Shown: positions 59,801 through 64,000 of the stretch, one piece after another
Layout: the number at the start of each line of letters is the position of its first letter
How positions within the stretch are numbered: the first letter of the stretch is position 1
Assembly (NCBI RefSeq): GCF_964194155.1
Contig: NC_135887.1
Location: forward strand, 40,238,001 to 40,302,000
DNA length: 64,000 nucleotides
From: Cetorhinus maximus
Taxonomy: Eukaryota
Direction of reading: 5' to 3'
The notes under the pieces: model-generated
The model's database searches: none
Seen by the model: the letters and a program-made list of their open reading frames with translations, nothing else
What the model was told of the DNA's origin: nothing
Made by a program: the position numbers and the translations under genes

Positions 59801-61505
59801 CTGAAAACTCACAGACAAGGTTAGTCTGCCAGGATCCTGGAGAGGGAGAGAAGCTATAGGCAGCAAGATGCTGTGGTTCACCATGCAGGTGGGAGCTCGC
59901 ACTTGGATTGAAAAGACTGAACTCGTGAGGAGTTAAAATGAGGCTGGAAGATTTGCCTAATTTGCACTAAAGGAAGAATCTCCAGGGGAAAAAACCTCAC
60001 TGTGAAAGTTCTAAAGATTAAGTTTCCAGGCTGTGAAAGGAAAAGAACAAATGAAAACCCTTGGGACCTAGGAATCACCTTAGACTGATTCTGGGAGAAT
60101 TGAATGTCTACTTAAAGCACAGTATGAAGTATTTTTGAGAAGTATGTTTTTGGTTGTGCTAAAAGTGAAAGGGGAATGTTTTGTTTTGTGTTCTAAAGAA
60201 TAAGTTGCCTCCAAAGATAGTATTTAGTCAAGTGTGCTTTCAGTCTTTTGTCACAGTAAAAGTCTTAACATGTGAAATCTTGTCATGTCGCCCTTTCGGC
60301 TATTAATCAGGAGTTTGAATTTCTTTTAAAAAGTTATCGGACTCTACAGAGACCATAACAACACATGTTTGAAAAGGAATCGGGGAAATGATTGATAGTG
60401 AAATCTATAAAATGGGTTTTGAGGAGATAGGAGAGAATTCGTGAGAATGGAGCTGGTCTTTAGGGAGAGAGCGCCAGAGAATTGAGAATGATAACTGAAG
60501 AATGCATCTGTGATGGTGGTACAGGGAAGGCAGAAACACTTTAACATTCAAAAGAGTCAATGGTGCAGGAATGCAGAGCCTCGAGGTTGGCAGGTCAGGA
60601 GGAACAAGGATGTGGAAGGATTTGAAGTCGTGCACAAGAATTTTAAATTTGATGTTCTAAGGGACGGGGAGGTCATGAAGGGTGGTAAGGGCAGCGGTAA
60701 AAGGTTGAAGGATATAGTAATACCAGTAAGGACAGGAGTAATAGGTGAGAGTGCTATGGCCAGGAGCAATAGATGAGCCCTAAGGCCAAGGGCAATATGT
60801 GCCATCAGTAAGAACAGAGATGATGGACAGGGGTGAAAGATGAGAACAGTAAGGATAGTGATAGGTGAGTGAGGCAGGATGTGGGTAATGGAAGCCTGAA
60901 TGAATTGGAATTTATGTAGAGAGGAGTTTGGGAGTCAATAAGAAGAGTGTTGGAGTCATCAAACCTGAGGTGACTTGGAGGGTGAAGCTGGGGCAAAGGT
61001 AGGAAATGTTTTGAAGGACAAAACTGCCTCAAATTTGGCATTAAATTGGTAAACTCATTTAGTGAGGATGTGAAATGGATGGCAGCAGGGGGGAAGGGGA
61101 GGGGAAATAATCACATTGTTAAAATAAGGCTCCTCTTCCAAAATCAGGGTCACTCTGTTTGATGGAACAGAGTAGAAGGAGTATTATCTAACCTTTGCTG
61201 TTCCTCAATGCAAAGTGTTTGACAGGGTAATGCAGAGTGAGTATGAATCTGTATCTAACCCATACTGTATATGTGCTGAGAGTATTTGATGCTGACAGTT
61301 AATTTTGAATCCTCCAGGAATAAAATTTCTGCTCAGATATTTCTAATAGTTGCTACTCTACTTTTCCAGGTCATCATCCAGCGTTGCCTTGCTGCCAGGA
61401 ACCTGACGCATGTGAAGGCTGGTTGTGTCCTATGTGGCTACATAAAGCTGTTGCCCATGTACCTGATGGTCTTGCCAGGAATGATCAGTCGAATACTTTA
61501 CCCAA
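35721..61505 (+). CDS. slc5a2: Sodium/glucose cotransporter 2 (SGLT2), 5' partial; coding exons 35721-35843, 49003-49074, 49570-49674, 51037-51096, 51654-51758, 52067-52172, 56090-56170, 58159-58388, 61370-61505; continues beyond the window
   Basis: Nine GT-AG exons join in frame. SGLT2-type motifs: [82 protein letters not shown]. The SLC5A family call is secure; the paralogue is assigned from recalled motifs. Confidence 0.9.
36045..37455. repeat. Minisatellite with a ~26-bp unit CTCACTGCCCCATACTGGGGTACAGA, roughly 50 copies
   Basis: Direct tandem repetition, most homogeneous at 36500-37350 and decayed at both edges; lies in slc5a2 intron 1. Confidence 0.95.
39750..40605 (-). mobile_element. 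CR1 RT remnant interrupted by a SINE
   Basis: [10 protein letters not shown] and [16 protein letters not shown] on the minus strand. Confidence 0.7.
40010..40388 (+). mobile_element. tRNA-derived SINE sharing both its 5' ~300 nt and its 3' ~70 nt with the tRNA-headed LINE
   Basis: 40010-40308 aligns to 17338-17628; 40309-40385 aligns to 20376-20452; anticodon-like hairpin CTGGA-CTAGTAA-TCCAG. Confidence 0.88.
41080..41170 (-). mobile_element. Isolated tRNA-like head of the same SINE/LINE family
   Basis: Reverse complement of GGGGAGGTGGTAGC...AGTGGTATTGTCACTGGATTAGTATTCCAGAGACCCAGG...GGTTCAAATCC. Confidence 0.7.
41171..41830 (+). mobile_element. CR1 LINE 3' fragment
   Basis: [41 protein letters not shown], followed by 3' UTR and tail. 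Confidence 0.85.
42327..43500. mobile_element. Harbinger-related non-autonomous element
   Basis: Left TIR GGGCGGAATTTT after TTA; GC-rich body similar in style to the other MITEs; right TIR not clearly resolved. Confidence 0.55.
44380..45480 (+). pseudogene. Harbinger Myb/SANT-like DNA-binding protein gene, intron-containing and frameshifted
   Basis: [23 protein letters not shown]...WEE...[14 protein letters not shown] followed by GTGAGT; further putative exons from ~44891 (CAG) to ~45066 (GTAAG) and from ~45284. Confidence 0.7.
45758..47000 (-). pseudogene. Harbinger (HARBI1-like) DDE transposase, frameshifted
   Basis: [64 protein letters not shown], acidic tail. Confidence 0.88.
48130..48280 (+). 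repeat. Penelope-derived terminal repeat fragment
   Basis: CTGAAGAGTC...GAAACGG..TCTGTTTCTCTCCACAGATGCTG block, shared with the other copies. Confidence 0.7.
49003..49074 (+). CDS. slc5a2: slc5a2 exon 2
   Basis: [24 protein letters not shown]; polypyrimidine tract plus AG, GTGAGT donor. Confidence 0.92.
49570..49674 (+). CDS. slc5a2: slc5a2 exon 3
   Basis: [35 protein letters not shown]; CAG acceptor, GTAAGT donor. Confidence 0.95.
51037..51096 (+). CDS. slc5a2: slc5a2 exon 4
   Basis: [20 protein letters not shown]; CAG acceptor, GTGAGT donor. Confidence 0.93.
51654..51758 (+). CDS. slc5a2: slc5a2 exon 5
   Basis: [35 protein letters not shown]; CAG acceptor, GTGAGT donor. Confidence 0.94.
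52067..52172 (+). CDS. slc5a2: slc5a2 exon 6
   Basis: [35 protein letters not shown]; TAG acceptor, GTAGG donor. Confidence 0.94.
52989..53250. repeat. Near-perfect tandem duplication of a ~124-bp unit
   Basis: Units begin ACTGAGGCCTTGTA at 52989, 53112 and (partial) 53237. Confidence 0.92.
54025..54595 (+). mobile_element. CR1 3' fragment, decayed
   Basis: [24 protein letters not shown] and a CR1-type 3' UTR. Confidence 0.75.
55872..56061 (-). mobile_element. 5'-truncated 3' tail of the tRNA-headed LINE family
   Basis: Reverse complement aligns to 20263-20452; ends about 28 nt before the exon 7 acceptor. Confidence 0.85.
56090..56170 (+). CDS. slc5a2: slc5a2 exon 7
   Basis: [26 protein letters not shown]; TAG acceptor, GTAAGT donor. 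Confidence 0.94.
57600..58125 (+). mobile_element. Old CR1 RT remnant
   Basis: [23 protein letters not shown]-like blocks. Confidence 0.6.
58159..58388 (+). CDS. slc5a2: slc5a2 exon 8
   Basis: [14 protein letters not shown]...[47 protein letters not shown]; TAG acceptor, GTAGG donor. Confidence 0.94.
58468..59132. mobile_element. Harbinger MITE related to 3513-4220 (opposite orientation)
   Basis: Degenerate TIRs GGCTTGAATTTC / AAGATTCTGCCC; TSD CAT; shares internal blocks with 3513-4220 and with the right end of 44073-47439. Confidence 0.82.
59389..60360 (+). mobile_element. Solo LTR (972 bp)
   Basis: TGTTA...TAACA inverted termini; 4-bp TSD ACAC; 3' end ACCATAACA resembles the Gmr1-type LTR end GATCATAACA. 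Confidence 0.78.
60365..61100 (-). mobile_element. Old L2-like LINE 3' remnant
   Basis: Purine-rich plus strand; the minus strand gives decayed RFDDSNTLL..., [14 protein letters not shown], as in L2 RT C-termini. Confidence 0.45.
61370..61505 (+). CDS. slc5a2: slc5a2 exon 9
   Basis: [45 protein letters not shown]; CAG acceptor, GTAAG donor. Confidence 0.94.
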
Positions 61506-61794
61506 GTAAGTTTTCTAAATCAAATACCTATTTGTTCCAAGCCAATTATTCTTGTTAATGGGCACAAGAACCAATATTGGTGGATTATTGAAGTGTACTT
61601 GTAGAAACTCCAAATGAACTATCTCCAAATAAAACAACTGGAACAGAAAAAAGAGTTACAGACCATTGCCAACCTGCTCCCTACCCGCTGCCCAACAGCC
61701 TCCAAACACACACCACCACAAAATGATAGTGATGGCAGCTTGCATCATCATCTTCAGACCGGGAACTTTCTAATCTCTCTTTGTAGCATATATT

Positions 61795-62997
61795 ATAGTA
61801 TATCTGGACTTCCAGAAGGCCTTTGATAAGGTGCCGCACAAAAGATTAATACACAAGATAAGATCACACGGAGTTAGGGGTAATATATTAGCTTGGATAG
61901 AGGATTGGCTAACCAACAGGAAGCAGAGAGTTGGGATAAATGGGTCTTTTTCTGGTTGGCAAGCTGTAACTAGTGGGGTGCCACAGGGTTCGGTCCTTGG
62001 GCCCCAACTATTTACAATCTATATTAATGACTTGGATTCAGGGATAGAAGGTACTATAACTAAATTTGAAGATGACACCAAAATAGGTGGGAAAGTAAGT
62101 AGCCATGAAGAAATAAGAAATTTACAAATGGATGTGGACAGGTTAGGTGAATAGGCCAAAATTTGGCAGATGGAGTTTAACGTGGATAAGTATGAGGTTA
62201 TCCATTTCTGTTGGAAGAATAAAAAGGCGACTTATTATTTAAATGGAGAGAAACTTCAGAATGCCTCAGTGCAGAGGGATCTGGATGTCCTCGTGCATGA
62301 ATCATTGAAAGCTAGTATGCAGGTACAGCAGATAATAAGGAAGGCAAATGAAATTTTGGCATTTATTGCTAAAGGAATAGAGTATAAAAATAGGAAAGTG
62401 TTGTTGCAACTGTACAAGGCATTGGTGAGACCGCACCTGGAGTACTGTGCACAGTTTTGGTCCCCTTACTTGAGGAAGGATGTAGTTGCATTGGAGGTGG
62501 TTCAGAGGAGATTCACTAGATTGATTCCAGAGATGCGGGGCTTGTCTTATGAGGAGAGATTGAGCAGTTTAGGCCTATACTAGCTAGAGTTTAGAAGGAT
62601 GAGAGGAGATCTAATTGAGGTATATAAGATGTTAAAGGGGATAGACAAAGTAGACATGGAGCGGATGTTTCCCCTTCTGGGGCATTCTAGAACGAGAGGC
62701 CATAGTTTTAGGCTAAGGGGTGGTAGATTTAAATCAGAGATGAGGAGGAATTACTTTTTTCAAAGAGTCGTGAATCTGTGGAATTCACTACCTCAGACTG
62801 CAGTGGATGCTGGGGCGCTGAATAAATTTAAGGAGGAGATAGACAGATCTTTAATTAGTAACAGGTTGAAAGGTTATGGGGAGAAGGTGGGAAATTGGAG
62901 TTGAGACCGAAATGAGATCAGCCATGATCATATTGAATGGCGGGGCAGGCTCGAGGGGTTGAATTGCCTACTCCTGCTCCTAGTTCTTATGTTCTTC
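61795..62997 (+). mobile_element. CR1 LINE, 5'-truncated and relatively young
   Basis: YLDFQKAFDKVPHKRL...SGVPQGSVLGPQLFTIYINDL...[19 protein letters not shown] in one frame with two in-frame stops; tail TTCTTATGTTCTT. Confidence 0.92.
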
Positions 62998-63639
62998 TTT
63001 GGTGGAATCAATTTCATAGGCCCTTTAATGGGAGCAGGGAACTTTACTGATGGGGACAGCGCTTTGTGATGATGTATGAAGCGAACTGAAAAAGTCTAAG
63101 TACCAATGGGTCTACCCTGTACCGGGTTTTCTGATGTCATACCATCTGATACTGTACAGAGCAGGCTTGGCCCAGAGGCCTGAAATGACACTCCGTCCTG
63201 TCACCAGCTGAAGGAAATTTCAGATTTTTTTTCCCTGTCCTCTTATCTTCACAGTTAGAATTTACCTGCTCTGCTGTCTCTTTCCATTGCCACTCACTGC
63301 ATTTTGTTAAGGAGGGTTACCAAAGCTGGCAGGCGTCCTTGGCTGACCCTTGTTGAACATGGATTCTCAGGTTCTTTCAGTAAAGGCAGCATTACAGCCC
63401 ATATCCACTATGCATTTCCAATACATTCATCAAAGTTGCTCTCCAAATGATCCTTTGGAATTAGAAGTGCAGCTTTAGGATACTACACTGGAAACTTTTA
63501 AAGTGGCTATTCTGGAAGTACTGCCGCTTTACCTCTGTGGATCCTGAGCTGGGCAAAGGTTGTTGGCAAGGCCTAGTGAAGTGACAAAACGGGACTACAT
63601 GCATGGTAAATAGAGGAAGCCGCATGCTATAGACAGAGC

Positions 63640-64000
63640 TAATGGATCAGATTATAGCTCTGTAGTCCTTCCACATCCAGTCGTGAACGGTGGTGGAAAA
63701 TTAAACAACTAATCAGAAAAAGAGGCTCCACAAATATCCCATCCTCAATGATGGGAGAATCCAGTGCATCAGTGCACAAGGCAAGGCTGAAGCATTTGCA
63801 AACATCTTCAACCAGAAGTGCCGAGTGGATATTCATTTCAGTCTCCTCCTGAGGCCCCCCCATCATTGATGCCAGTTTTTAGCCAATTTGATTCACTTCA
63901 TGTGATATCAAAAAATGGCTGAGGCACTGGATGCAACAAAGGCCCTGACAACATCCTGCCAGCACCGAAGACTTGTGCTCCAGAACTAGCTGAGCCACAA
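63640..64000 (+). mobile_element. Internal fragment of the tRNA-headed LINE family, running off the window
   Basis: Aligns to ~18620-18985 ([14 protein letters not shown]). Confidence 0.8.

Overview
Vertebrate nuclear DNA, most likely from a cartilaginous fish (inferred from the repeat families, not proven). Two spliced genes lie head-to-head about 7 kb apart. One is a complete 7-exon tbl2 on the minus strand (ATG 28680, stop 10018, 440 aa, CpG-island promoter). The other is the first nine coding exons of slc5a2/SGLT2 on the plus strand (ATG 35721; the gene runs off the window). Most remaining sequence is decayed mobile DNA: nested Gmr1-type Gypsy LTR elements, solo LTRs, CR1 and L2 LINEs, Harbinger transposons with their MITEs, Deu-type SINEs, Penelope remnants and a 26-bp minisatellite. 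Three observations stand out: (1) a single-ORF EN-RT LINE whose 5' end is a tRNA-derived Pol III head, seen in two independent copies, with a SINE made of the same head and tail; (2) short Penelope-derived, TSD-flanked, often inverted-repeat elements carrying a minimal hammerhead-ribozyme motif with stem covariation; (3) an SGLT2 with substitutions at two sugar-site positions and an extra intron relative to the mammalian gene. Most ORFs in the supplied track are transposon fragments or spurious.
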